From an uncultured Bacillota bacterium (GTDB taxonomy: Bacteria > Bacillota_I > Bacilli_A > RFN20 > CAG-826): a stretch of 51,538 bases of DNA. Location of the stretch: the NCBI GenBank assembly GCA_949291655.1, contig CASEWT010000003.1:1-51538 (forward strand). The letters are read 5' to 3'. The number at the start of each line of letters is the position of its first letter. Position 1 is the stretch's first letter. Shown here piece after piece: positions 8,168 through 17,905 of the stretch. Both the position numbers and the translations under genes were made by a program. Under the pieces are notes generated by a model, which was not told the origin of the DNA, searched no databases, and saw nothing but the letters and a program-made list of their open reading frames with translations.

Positions 8168-9804
8168 TCCTTTTTGCCTCCTTTCGCGGGCGTTTTGCGG
8201 GCATTTTCAGCTTTTTTGCTCTCCATCGCCTTGTCTTCCTCGGCGATTTCCGCCTTGTAGCGCTCGACTTCGCTCGGCGAGGCATAGACGAAGTGCCCGG
8301 GGAGGATTTCGACCATCGCGGGCGACTCGACGGAATAGTCGTGGGCCGTCGAAGGATCGTAAACCAAGCGCGTCCGGTTCTTTTCGTAATAGGGGTCCGG
8401 CTTCGGGATGGCGCTCAGCAAGGCCTTGGTATAGGGGTGAAGCGGATGGCGGAAGAGCTCGTCGCTCGTCGCGAGCTCGACGATCGAGCCGAAGTACATG
8501 ACGGCGATCCGGTCGCAGAAATACTTGACGACCGATAGGTCATGGGCGATGAAGAGCATCGTGAGCCCCATGTCTTGCTTGACGTCATTTAGAAGGTTCA
8601 GGATCTGAGCCCGGATCGAAACGTCGAGAGCCGAAATCGGCTCGTCGCAGATCAGGAACTTCGGGTTCATGACAAGGGCGCGGGCAATGCCGATCCGCTG
8701 CCGCTGGCCGCCCGAGAACTCATGGGGGTAACGGGAAGCGTAATCGGCCAAGAGGCCGACCTTCTCGAGCATCTCGACGCACTTGGCGTGGTTTTCCGCC
8801 TTGTTGCGGTGATGCTGGATCTTGAGGCCTTCCTGGATGATGTCTTCGACCGTCATCCGGGGATCGAGGGAGTCGATCGGGTCCTGGAAGATCATCTGGA
8901 TGTTGTTCAGCAGCTTCCGGTCGCGGTGCTTGTTGTCGTAGGCGATCCGCTCGATGTGCTTCCTTTGGATCGCGCAGTGGACCTTGAGGGCCTCGCGGAG
9001 CTCTTTGATCTTTTCCTCGTAATCTTCTTCGATCCGCTTGATGGTAAAGCTCATTCCGTCCTCGCCGCCGCTTTCGACGGAGGGGCCGTCGGTTTCCATC
9101 GCCTTGATCTTGGCCCGGCATTCTTCTTTGAGGCGCTTGATTTCCTCGTTGGTCCGGATCCGGCTCCACTTGATTTCCTTGCGGTTCCAGCGGTCGCCGG
9201 CCGAAATCCGGTAGCCTTCGTAATAAATCGAGCCCGAGGTAATGTCGTAAAGCCCGATGATCGAGCGCCCGGTCGTCGTCTTGCCGCAACCGGATTCCCC
9301 GACGAGGCCGAAGCACTCCCCTTCCTTGACGTCGAAGGAGATGTCGTGGACAGCCTTCGTCTTGTAGTTGCTGCCCATGTCGAAGAACTGCTTCAAGTGG
9401 ATGACCCGGAGGGCAACGCCTTCCTTGAACATCTCCGGCTTGTAGGAGACGAAGAAATGCTTATAGCGATGAAGTTTCTTCTCGAGTTCCTCGCTTACTT
9501 CCTTGAGCTTGAGGTCGGCTGCCTTGAGAGCATCGGAAAACTCGGCTTGGGCCTGCTCCCGGGCTTTCCTGCGCGCCTCACGGAGGGCTGAACGGTCCCG
9601 TCCGCAGCTCTTCGCGGCCACCTTGAGGAATTCCTTGAGGCGAGCGTTCAAGGCTTTGACGACGGTCTTCTTTTCCTCCTTGGCGGCGCCAAGCTCGCGG
9701 CGGAGGGCTTTGATCTCCTCGCCAAGAGCCGCGTATTCGGCCTTGGCTTTCGCTTCTTCTTCTTCGAGGCGAGCGAGTTCCTCGCGGTCTTTAGCGAAGT
9801 CCAT
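8164..9804 (-). CDS. oppF: Oligopeptide ABC transporter ATP-binding protein with coiled-coil extensions
   Basis: Walker A GESGCGKT, IQMIFQDP, signature FSGGQRQR, ICDEPISALD and C-terminal HPYTKALLSAIP. Confidence 0.92.
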   Translation of the reverse strand: MDFAKDREELARLEEEEAKAKAEYAALGEEIKALRRELGAAKEEKKTVVKALNARLKEFLKVAAKSCGRDRSALREARRKAREQAQAEFSDALKAADLKLKEVSEELEKKLHRYKHFFVSYKPEMFKEGVALRVIHLKQFFDMGSNYKTKAVHDISFDVKEGECFGLVGESGCGKTTTGRSIIGLYDITSGSIYYEGYRISAGDRWNRKEIKWSRIRTNEEIKRLKEECRAKIKAMETDGPSVESGGEDGMSFTIKRIEEDYEEKIKELREALKVHCAIQRKHIERIAYDNKHRDRKLLNNIQMIFQDPIDSLDPRMTVEDIIQEGLKIQHHRNKAENHAKCVEMLEKVGLLADYASRYPHEFSGGQRQRIGIARALVMNPKFLICDEPISALDVSIRAQILNLLNDVKQDMGLTMLFIAHDLSVVKYFCDRIAVMYFGSIVELATSDELFRHPLHPYTKALLSAIPKPDPYYEKNRTRLVYDPSTAHDYSVESPAMVEILPGHFVYASPSEVERYKAEIAEEDKAMESKKAENARKTPAKGGKKE

Positions 9805-11305
9805 TCTTGCGTTCCTCCTCTCGCCTTAACGAATTCTTGATGCGGGTCGAGACAATCTTCGGCATCTCGGCTTCCGGCGCCCTTTCGTCAAGGAGCCAAG
9901 TGGAAGCGTAATGGGTCGAGGAAAGCTCGTACATCGGGGGCTCTTCCTTGAAGTCCATGCCGATGGCATAGCGGCTCCGGAGGGCGAAGGCGTCGCCCTT
10001 CGGCGGGAAAAGCATGTTGGGCGGGGTGCCCGGGATCGCCTCGAGCCGCTCCTTGCTATCGACGTCGGGAATCGAGGAAAGCAAGGCCCAGGTATAGGGG
10101 TGGGCCGGGCGGAAGAAGATATCCTCTGCGGTGCCGTACTCGACGATCTTCCCGGCATACATGACCGCGACCCGGTCGGCCATGTTGGCGACGACGCCGA
10201 GGTCGTGGGTGATGAAGACGACCGACATGTTCCGGGCCTTCTTCAGCCGGTTGATGAGTTCGAGGATCTGGGCTTGGATGGTAACGTCGAGGGCCGTCGT
10301 CGGCTCGTCGCAGATAAGCACGTCGGGGTCGGCGGTGAGAGCAATGGCGATGACGATGCGCTGGCGCATGCCGCCGGAGAATTCGAAGGGGTATTGGTTG
10401 TAGCGGCGTTCCGGATCGCGGATGCCGACTTCCTGCATGATGGTAAGGGCCCGCCGCTTCGCTTCCTTCTGGGAAACGCGGAGCTTCGAGACGAAGCGCC
10501 GATGGGCGGAGACGAAGGCCCCGTAGGCTTCCGAGAAGCCGCCGGCAAAAAGGGCGCCAAGGGCCTTCCAAAGAAGGGGCAAGGCGTTCTTCCGGTAATC
10601 CTTGAGGCAAGCAAGGCGGTAGGACCTCGCCTTCTTGCGGCCCTCGGCCTTCTTGGCGCGGAGGGCCACCTTGTCCTCGGCAATCCGGGGAGCCATCTTG
10701 GCCTTCATGTCCCTATAGGCCTGAACATTGGCCGTTTTCTCCTCTTTGGAAAGGGAATTGCCGGCATTTTTCAACTTGAGTTCGCTTTTGGCGAGGGCGA
10801 CGAGGCGCTGGTCGTTCTTCAGTTGGATGAGAGCGTCGTTGATGGTGTCTTGGTAGATCTTCTTGACCCGGTTCCCGTTGATGAGCATGACCTCGGTGAT
10901 TTGTTTCCCTACCCTCATGATCGGGTTGAGCGAGGAAAGGGGGTCTTGGAAAACCATGCCGATCTTCGTCCCGCGGATCCGATGGAATTCCTCTTCCGAG
11001 ATCTTCGTGAGGTCCTCGCCCTCGTAGATGACTGAGCCCGAGTCGATGTGGGCCGAAGGGGCGAGGATGCCCATGATGGTCTTCGAGGTGACGGATTTCC
11101 CGGAGCCCGATTCCCCGACGATGCAGAGGGTTTCCCCTTTGTAGAGGTCGAAGCTGACACCCCGGACGGCCCGGACATAGCCTTCGTCGGTCTTGAAGGA
11201 GACGGCGAGGTTGCGGACCGAAAGGACCGGCGTCTTTCCCTCGGGAACGGGGCCGGTTTCTCTCGGATAGTCGATTATGCGGAGAGCCTTGGCATTCTTT
11301 TCCAT
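9791..11305 (-). CDS. oppD: Oligopeptide ABC transporter ATP-binding protein with an internal insertion
   Basis: [36 protein letters not shown] and HPYTWALL. Confidence 0.92.
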   Translation of the reverse strand: MEKNAKALRIIDYPRETGPVPEGKTPVLSVRNLAVSFKTDEGYVRAVRGVSFDLYKGETLCIVGESGSGKSVTSKTIMGILAPSAHIDSGSVIYEGEDLTKISEEEFHRIRGTKIGMVFQDPLSSLNPIMRVGKQITEVMLINGNRVKKIYQDTINDALIQLKNDQRLVALAKSELKLKNAGNSLSKEEKTANVQAYRDMKAKMAPRIAEDKVALRAKKAEGRKKARSYRLACLKDYRKNALPLLWKALGALFAGGFSEAYGAFVSAHRRFVSKLRVSQKEAKRRALTIMQEVGIRDPERRYNQYPFEFSGGMRQRIVIAIALTADPDVLICDEPTTALDVTIQAQILELINRLKKARNMSVVFITHDLGVVANMADRVAVMYAGKIVEYGTAEDIFFRPAHPYTWALLSSIPDVDSKERLEAIPGTPPNMLFPPKGDAFALRSRYAIGMDFKEEPPMYELSSTHYASTWLLDERAPEAEMPKIVSTRIKNSLRREEERKNGLR

Positions 11306-13380
11306 TATTCGTTCCCTCCTTTAAGCGACGGGTTGAAGGCATCGCGGAGCCCATTCCCGAAGAGGTTGAAGCAAATCATGACGATGGCCATGATGATGGA
11401 CCCGCTGATGATGAGGTAAGGATAGGTGTAGATGTAGGACTGGGCATTGGAGAGGGAAACGCCGAAGCTCGTCCCCTGGAACGAGAGAACGTTCGGGAGA
11501 ATGTAGCTGATCGTCGCTTCCGAGAAGATGACCGAGGGGATCATGAGAGCCGCCGAGGTGATGATCGTTCCGATGCCGTTAGGGAGAATATGGCGGAAGA
11601 TGAGCCTTCCGTCGCTCGCCCCGAGGGTCCGCGCCGCTAAGACATACTCCCGGCCTTTGAAACGGTAGAACTGGGCCCGGGTCGTCGCGGCCGTCCCGAT
11701 CCAACCGGTAAGACACATGGCGAGAAGGAAGGTCCAGAAATTGGAGCCGAGCAAGAGGACGATGAGGGTCATGAGGACCGTCCACGGCATCCCGCCGAGA
11801 ATCTCCGTGAGCCGTTCCATGAAGAGGTCGACGTAACCGCCGAAGTAGCCGGAAATCGAACCCCAGACGACGCCGACGAAGATGTTGATGATCGAGGCGA
11901 GAGCGCCGAGCTCGAGAGAAGTCAAAAGGCCAGAGAAGATGAGCTTGAAGTAATCGCGGCCTTGGTTGTCGGTCCCGAAGAGGAAGTTGACATGGCTGCA
12001 ATCGGAGATGTAGCCCCGATAGTAGAAGTCCCGGTACCGGGAACGGGTCCCAATGACGGTCGTGATGGTGTAAGTGACGTTGTCGGTCGACGTAAAGGAG
12101 ACCCTCGTGATGGCCGAGATGTCCCGAATGGGGCAATAGGTTTCCCCTTCCTCCGTGAGTTTGAAGCCAAGCTCGCTTTCAGCGTCGGTGACGACGTAAG
12201 TGCCCATGAAGCCGTCCGGCAGGGAGTCGGTGTAACTGAATCCCGGGTCGATCCACCCCCGTTGGACGAAAGTATCGACGTCGACGTTATTGAAGGTGTA
12301 GCCATCCTCTTCCCCATAGACGCCTTGGTAATAGTCGTAGCGGAACGATCCGGTCGTTACCACCGCTTCCTTGATCGAGGTGCTTCCGTTGGTCGAATCC
12401 CAGCGATAGGCCTCGGGGATGGCCGTCGAGGTGAGGACGTTGTTGAGCAAGTACTGGCTCGGGCTCGTGAAACCGTAGGTGCCGTTCACGATGTTGTCGT
12501 CGTCGTCGAGGTAGGAGTAGCCGGCTTCCTCGTCGTCGATTTGGATCGAAAGGCTGGAGAGCCAGATATCGCCCTCGGACACCTCGATCGCCAAGGCGGT
12601 CGAGAGATTCTCGTCGCTCGTCGGAAGGGTAAGAGTGCCGCTGAAAAGGCCGGTTTCCTCGCTCTGCGAGAAGGAGATGGGCTCTTGGGTGACGTCGGCG
12701 CCCTCGGTCACTTCGACGTAAATGCCGAAGTTGCTTTCCTCGACCGTCGAAGAATTCAAATCGGCCCCAAAGGAAACCGTGTAGGTCTTGCCGCCGGAAT
12801 CGGTGTCAAGAACCGGGGTCCGGAAATAGGCCGGCTCGTCGAAGGTGACCGGGGCCATCGAAAGATAGCCGCCGGATGCATAGCGGAGGGCGTTTTCGGC
12901 GAGGGTATCGCTGATCGTCGTCGTCGAAACGGTGATGTCCGGCTCCCCGTCCGCGTTTTTGGCGATGGCGTCTTCATAGTAAACGGCCGAGCCGCTCCCA
13001 ACGGCCGGTAAGCCCGTCTCCGGATCGAGGACGACGTCTTCGATATAGCCGGTGCCGTCCATGAAGCCGTTGGTGTCCTCGAACCATTTCGGCGGGAGGA
13101 AGCGCATTTCCTGGACGGAAGCGGAAGCATTGTTCTGGTCGAAGATGGGCACGAAGATGGCCATGAGAACCAAGACGCCGAGGATCGAGGCCGCGACGAC
13201 CGAGCTCTTCGACTTGCAGAAACGCTTCAAGGCGTCCCGGAAGTAGGTCGTCGGCTTCGTCTCGAACTTGTGGTCGTGGATCGACTTGTCGAGCTGGACG
13301 AACTCAAAGTCCTGCTCCTTGGTGAAAGAGATATCCGTATCGGGCGTTTCCGGGGTTATTTCGTTGACTGTCTTTTTCAT
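11305..13380 (-). CDS. oppC: Oligopeptide ABC permease with a ~400-aa extracytoplasmic insertion
   Basis: OppC N-terminal helix (YFRDALKRF), then FGTDNQGRD, EYVLAARTLGAS and HILPN. 691 aa long. Confidence 0.9.
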   Translation of the reverse strand: MKKTVNEITPETPDTDISFTKEQDFEFVQLDKSIHDHKFETKPTTYFRDALKRFCKSKSSVVAASILGVLVLMAIFVPIFDQNNASASVQEMRFLPPKWFEDTNGFMDGTGYIEDVVLDPETGLPAVGSGSAVYYEDAIAKNADGEPDITVSTTTISDTLAENALRYASGGYLSMAPVTFDEPAYFRTPVLDTDSGGKTYTVSFGADLNSSTVEESNFGIYVEVTEGADVTQEPISFSQSEETGLFSGTLTLPTSDENLSTALAIEVSEGDIWLSSLSIQIDDEEAGYSYLDDDDNIVNGTYGFTSPSQYLLNNVLTSTAIPEAYRWDSTNGSTSIKEAVVTTGSFRYDYYQGVYGEEDGYTFNNVDVDTFVQRGWIDPGFSYTDSLPDGFMGTYVVTDAESELGFKLTEEGETYCPIRDISAITRVSFTSTDNVTYTITTVIGTRSRYRDFYYRGYISDCSHVNFLFGTDNQGRDYFKLIFSGLLTSLELGALASIINIFVGVVWGSISGYFGGYVDLFMERLTEILGGMPWTVLMTLIVLLLGSNFWTFLLAMCLTGWIGTAATTRAQFYRFKGREYVLAARTLGASDGRLIFRHILPNGIGTIITSAALMIPSVIFSEATISYILPNVLSFQGTSFGVSLSNAQSYIYTYPYLIISGSIIMAIVMICFNLFGNGLRDAFNPSLKGGNE

Positions 13381-13384
13381 AAGG

Positions 13385-14431
13385 TTACCTCTGTCCCATC
13401 CGGATGCGCGGGTCGACGACCCCGTAGGAGAGGTCGACGAGCAAGGTGGCGAAGAGCCCGATGATGGTGTACATGGCCATGTCGACCATGACGACGGCGT
13501 AGTCGCGGGAGTTCAGGGCGGTGACGAAGAGCTGCCCGGTTCCCGGAATCGAGTAGAGCTGCTCGAGAACCATCGAGCCGGACATGATGGAAATGAATTG
13601 CCCGATGATCATCGGAACGATGGGGACCATCGAGTTGCGAAGGGCGTGGGAGATGATCGATTGGCCTTTGGTAAGCCCCTTGGTCCGGGCCAAAAGGAGG
13701 AACTCCGAGTTCATGACCTCGCAAAGCTCGGCCCGGGTATAGCGCCCGAAGCCGGCGATCGAACCGAAGGAGAGGGCGAGGACGGGAATGACGAGGCCGC
13801 GGAAGAAGAGCGAGGGGTCGGCCGCGATGGCGATGGCGCTTGGCCAGGCCTGCGGCAGCCAGTCGTTGTAGTAGGTGAACCAAAGGAGCATGAAGGAAAT
13901 GAGGACGAAGCTCGGGACCGAGATGAAAACCATGATGAGGGTCGAGATGATCGTATCGGTCGGCTTGTTCTTCTTGAGGGCTGCCCAGACGCCGATGCCG
14001 ATGCCGAGCGGCGTCGAGACGATGATCGAAATGACATTCAGCTCAATCGTGACCGGAAGGCGTTCCATGATGATTTCCATGGCGCCGCGGTTGACCGAAA
14101 TGGCCGTCGAAACGCCCCAGTTCCACTGAGTGAAGATGTTCCCGAGCCAGTGAACGTAGCGCTCGAGGACCGGAACGGCCTGGTAATAGTAGACCGTTCC
14201 GTTGGCATCGGTGAGCCGAACGGCATCCGGGTAGCGCTCAATGACGTCTTCGAGAGTCACCCTCCAATAGTAACCAAGCTCAACTTGCTGGTCATAAAAG
14301 GAGATCTGAATCGCGGTAGTGCCTTCGGGCGGGGCAACCGGCAACGTCTGAATGAGAATGTAAGAGATCGAGAGAATGATGAAAGCCGTAAGGACGATCA
14401 ACCCGATTCTCTTAAGGACATATTTCCACAT
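13385..14431 (-). CDS. oppB: Oligopeptide ABC permease
   Basis: MWKYVLKR start with a GAGGA RBS, ARTKGL, HALRNS, EQLYSIPGTG and DPRIR. Confidence 0.92.
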   Translation of the reverse strand: MWKYVLKRIGLIVLTAFIILSISYILIQTLPVAPPEGTTAIQISFYDQQVELGYYWRVTLEDVIERYPDAVRLTDANGTVYYYQAVPVLERYVHWLGNIFTQWNWGVSTAISVNRGAMEIIMERLPVTIELNVISIIVSTPLGIGIGVWAALKKNKPTDTIISTLIMVFISVPSFVLISFMLLWFTYYNDWLPQAWPSAIAIAADPSLFFRGLVIPVLALSFGSIAGFGRYTRAELCEVMNSEFLLLARTKGLTKGQSIISHALRNSMVPIVPMIIGQFISIMSGSMVLEQLYSIPGTGQLFVTALNSRDYAVVMVDMAMYTIIGLFATLLVDLSYGVVDPRIRMGQR

Positions 14432-14502
14432 GCTTGTATCCTCAGGTGCCTTTCCAATGGGCATTTTCGCACGAAACGCCTACGGCGGCACCCTTTTTTG
14501 AT

Positions 14503-14536
14503 TAAGAAAGGGTGGGGAGAGCGACTCCCCACCCTT
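14503..14536 (-). terminator. Intercistronic hairpin / partial terminator between oppA and oppB
   Basis: 12-bp stem AAGGGTGGGGAG/CTCCCCACCCTT followed by TCTT on the minus strand. Confidence 0.7.
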
Positions 14537-14556
14537 GAAGCCGATATGAGAGCCGA

Positions 14557-17250
14557 TCAGGCAATACCGGCGACTTCCGGCGTGACGAAGAGGTCAGTGA
14601 CCATGACCGTCCGGTGGACGCCGGAGTCGAAGATGGCTTCGATGCCGACGTAGAGGTTGAGGTTGCTGTAGTTCGAGCCGTTGACGGTCAGGAGCTGGTT
14701 GTAGTAGTTCCTGAGGGTCGAAGTCGGGATCCGAATCTCGATCCGCAGCGTGTTCTCGTTGAACGAGCAGTACTGCTCCGCTTCGCTCGAAGTGGCGGCG
14801 AAGGGGAAGTAGCTGGAGCCGATGGCCGAGTTGTCGGCGGTCGCGGTCAGGAGCCACACGTAGTTGAATTCGAACTCAATGGCCGGCGAGCCGTCCTCGC
14901 GGATAAGCGAATCGGGCACCGTCAGGATGAACACCGTGCTGGCTCCGTCGATCTCGGCCCGGTCTTCCATGTTCTCAGGAACGCCGGCAAGCGGCACGTT
15001 GATGCCGTTTTGGACGACCGCCGAACCGTTGCAGGCCGTGTAGAAGGCATCGTAGGAGAAGCGCTCCTCGACGCCGTCGCCGTCGCCGTCGAAGAGAATC
15101 GGGTAGGTTTCGGAGACGTTTTCGGTCGGCTCGCCCCAGGAGCAGGTGAAGCCCTGGGAGAGGGTGTTGGTGCAGATGACCGACATGAACTCAAGCGGGT
15201 TGAGGACGTTGCCGGTGATGGCGCCTTCGGCGAAGTCGAATTCGCCGCGGTCCATGGCATTGTAGGCCTGGGTGTAGTCAGAGACAGCGTGATTGTTGAT
15301 GTTGAGGGTGACGCCCCACTCCTGGCAAGCGGAGTCGAAGACGGTCTCGATCTGGTTCTTGATCTCGTTGCCGACGTTGTCGATCGAGGCCTGGTAACGC
15401 CAGGTGAAGTCGATGGTAATTTCGCTGTCCCGCTCGATTTCGCCGGTACCGACGCCCGTCTGGACGGCGCTCCGGAAGAGCTGGGCGGCCATCGAGGTCG
15501 AGTAGCCGTTGGGATCGACGGCCGTATAGCGGGAGACGGCCATCCGGCCAGCATCCGTATCGCGGTAGGAGATGTTGTTCTCCGGATCGATCTTATAGGC
15601 ATCGGAGAGATAGCCGACGGCCGGGTTGCGGCCCATCGTGTCGGCAATCGTCGCCCGGTCGATGGAGAAGAAGAGACCGTCGAGGAAGTTGTCGTTGCTC
15701 ATGATCCACTTCACGTCCCAAGCCTGGTTCGCGGCATGTGGGTACTGGGTCCCGTTGGGCCCGAAGAAGTAATCCCATTCGTCGTAAGAGCAGGTATTGA
15801 GGTTGATCTTGAGGATCGTCGAGCCTTCGGCGCGGCGGCCGTAAGGATCGGTCGCGTGTTCGCGGGTGTGCTCGGAGGGGCAGGTAACGTTGTCGAGTTT
15901 GCCGGAGATGAAACGCTGATAGGCGTCTTCTTCGTTGCTGACCTTCGTCTCGACGTAGCCTTGGAAGTTGACTTCCTCGGCATGCGAGTAGTTCGGGTTC
16001 TTCTGGTAGACAGTGACGACGTCCTTCTGCCACGAGGTCACGATGTAGGGGCCGGTGGAAAGAAGATTGTCGACGGTCGTCGTATAGTCGCCGCCGGTGG
16101 CGCTGCCGATGGCGCCGAACTGACGGCAGCCGTTCCGCCAGACCGTCGACCAGTTGCTGCTTTCTTCGGTGATGGTATCCGGATCGCCGCCGCCGAGCTC
16201 GATGAGATAGTCCTTCGGAAGCGGGCTGTAGAGAGTGCTCGAGAGGTTGTACATCGCGTAGAACTGGGTCTGCGGGGTGACGAACTCGAAGTCGATCGAG
16301 CCCTCCTCCTCGTTCAGCTGGATGCCGACGTTGGCCCAGGTCTCGTCGTTGTGCTCAGGGGCGTAGACATAGTCGTTGGCCCCGGCAAAGCCGGAAGCAT
16401 CGGTCGTCAGGCCGCTGGTCCGGAAGAGGTTGTTGTCGAGGATGGCCCGGAACGGGGTGAGGTAGTCCTCAAGCTCGATCGGGCGGCCGTTGTAATCATC
16501 GTAGTACTTGCTGCTCGGCGCGATCGAATAGCAGTACTTGTTGGGATCGTCGGCCCCGGTGTGGAGATGGACCCTCCACCGCCGGTAGGTCGTGCCCTCG
16601 GCGTATTCGACTTCGTTGCCCTCCTCGTCGAGAGGAACCGGGCGCTCATCCTTGGCGAGGACCGGACGCCAGACGTAGCCGTCCTTGGTCGCGTTCATGG
16701 TCACGCTGAAATAGCTGTTGCTGATCATGCCGTTGCGGCCGCCGACGTCTTCGCCGGAGGAATTCCAGTAGTTGAACGTGCCCGAGTCGGTCGTCGTGTA
16801 CCCCTGGTAATAATTGGGATAGGTCACCCCGCTGATCGGCTGGCCGTTCCACATGTTGCCGTTCGGGTCGAGCTTCGACTCGTTGATGCCGAAGCCGTAG
16901 TTCTCAATGTAGGTGTCGCTCGCGAGGGTAATCCGCGGCGAGAAGAGCTCGAGGGTGGCGTCGTCGTAAAGGGGGATGCCCGCCAAGTGGTGGCGCATCG
17001 CGTAGTCCTCCATCTTGTAGAGGAGGTTGGATTGATAGTCTACCCAGTCGCTCTGGCTCATGTCAGCCGGCTTTTCGGTCCAGTCGTAGACACCGTTGGC
17101 CAGCGGATTCTTGCTGTAGTCAACGCCCGTAGAACTACTGGTCGTCGATCCAGCGCCGCCGCCTGAACTGGAGCTAGAAACGATTTGCTCATTGCAGGCC
17201 ACGAGGGCAAAACCCCCGAGAAGACCTAGCAAAATCAGACTTTTCTTCAT
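14557..17250 (-). CDS. oppA: Oligopeptide ABC substrate-binding lipoprotein (897 aa, enlarged)
   Basis: Lipobox FALVAC, a Ser-rich linker, LSTGPYIVTSW, KNPNY and FSIDR (SBP family 5-like). First gene of the opp operon. Confidence 0.82.
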   Translation of the reverse strand: MKKSLILLGLLGGFALVACNEQIVSSSSSGGGAGSTTSSSTGVDYSKNPLANGVYDWTEKPADMSQSDWVDYQSNLLYKMEDYAMRHHLAGIPLYDDATLELFSPRITLASDTYIENYGFGINESKLDPNGNMWNGQPISGVTYPNYYQGYTTTDSGTFNYWNSSGEDVGGRNGMISNSYFSVTMNATKDGYVWRPVLAKDERPVPLDEEGNEVEYAEGTTYRRWRVHLHTGADDPNKYCYSIAPSSKYYDDYNGRPIELEDYLTPFRAILDNNLFRTSGLTTDASGFAGANDYVYAPEHNDETWANVGIQLNEEEGSIDFEFVTPQTQFYAMYNLSSTLYSPLPKDYLIELGGGDPDTITEESSNWSTVWRNGCRQFGAIGSATGGDYTTTVDNLLSTGPYIVTSWQKDVVTVYQKNPNYSHAEEVNFQGYVETKVSNEEDAYQRFISGKLDNVTCPSEHTREHATDPYGRRAEGSTILKINLNTCSYDEWDYFFGPNGTQYPHAANQAWDVKWIMSNDNFLDGLFFSIDRATIADTMGRNPAVGYLSDAYKIDPENNISYRDTDAGRMAVSRYTAVDPNGYSTSMAAQLFRSAVQTGVGTGEIERDSEITIDFTWRYQASIDNVGNEIKNQIETVFDSACQEWGVTLNINNHAVSDYTQAYNAMDRGEFDFAEGAITGNVLNPLEFMSVICTNTLSQGFTCSWGEPTENVSETYPILFDGDGDGVEERFSYDAFYTACNGSAVVQNGINVPLAGVPENMEDRAEIDGASTVFILTVPDSLIREDGSPAIEFEFNYVWLLTATADNSAIGSSYFPFAATSSEAEQYCSFNENTLRIEIRIPTSTLRNYYNQLLTVNGSNYSNLNLYVGIEAIFDSGVHRTVMVTDLFVTPEVAGIA

Positions 17251-17365
17251 GGGTGCTGCACTCCTTTCTTTCTAAAAAAGCAACGGGCGTAATCCTCGCC
17301 CGCGCAAAGAAGTATCCACTTACCTGATAATATGTCAATAATTATTTTCGGAACTTCTGACTTGG

Positions 17366-17776
17366 CTAGATGCAGTGCCAAACAATCAGCAAAACAATGG
17401 CCAAAACGAAGTAGTAACCCGCGTTGGCGAGCCACGGCAAATAGTAGGCTTTGCGCCGCTTTCGCTTCTCCTTCATTCCGATCTGGTAGTCTCCGGCCGT
17501 CTTGTAACGCCGCTCGGTCGGGCGGGGCCGAAAGGACAAAAAGAGGGCATAGGCCGAGTAACCGAGAACGTCAAAACTGCCGCCCCTCGTCGCAAAGCGA
17601 AGGCCGCAAAAAGCCAAGAGAAGACCAGCGCTCACGAAAGCCCCGTCGGAGTAGTAGGCAATGTAGGTCGGGGAATGGTAGCCGCCGACGATGAGCCAAA
17701 AGGAAACAAAGAAAACGGCTCCCAAGACCGTTGAAACGATGGTTTCGATCAACAACGCTTTGGCCTGCTCGTTCAT
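17366..17776 (-). CDS. Small membrane protein, DUF3899-like
   Basis: Three TM segments and a GGSFDVLGYS motif. Its position upstream of oppA is typical of DUF3899. Confidence 0.65.
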   Translation of the reverse strand: MNEQAKALLIETIVSTVLGAVFFVSFWLIVGGYHSPTYIAYYSDGAFVSAGLLLAFCGLRFATRGGSFDVLGYSAYALFLSFRPRPTERRYKTAGDYQIGMKEKRKRRKAYYLPWLANAGYYFVLAIVLLIVWHCI

Positions 17777-17905
17777 CGATGGGCTATTTTCCTTTTCCTT
17801 GACGAAAAAGACAAGGCCTTGAAAATAAGGATTGAAGATTTCTCCGTCTTGAGTATTTTAAGAGGCGCGTTGAAGCGCGTTTATTTTATAAAGGAGGTTA
17901 CAGAC

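Noticed and set aside
14614-17166. Very long antisense ORFs (also 22679-25747, 5992-7395, 39911-41560, 44783-46207)
   Set aside because: These are shadows of genes with strong G/C third-position bias. They have no motifs or RBS, and the opposite strand carries recognisable proteins.
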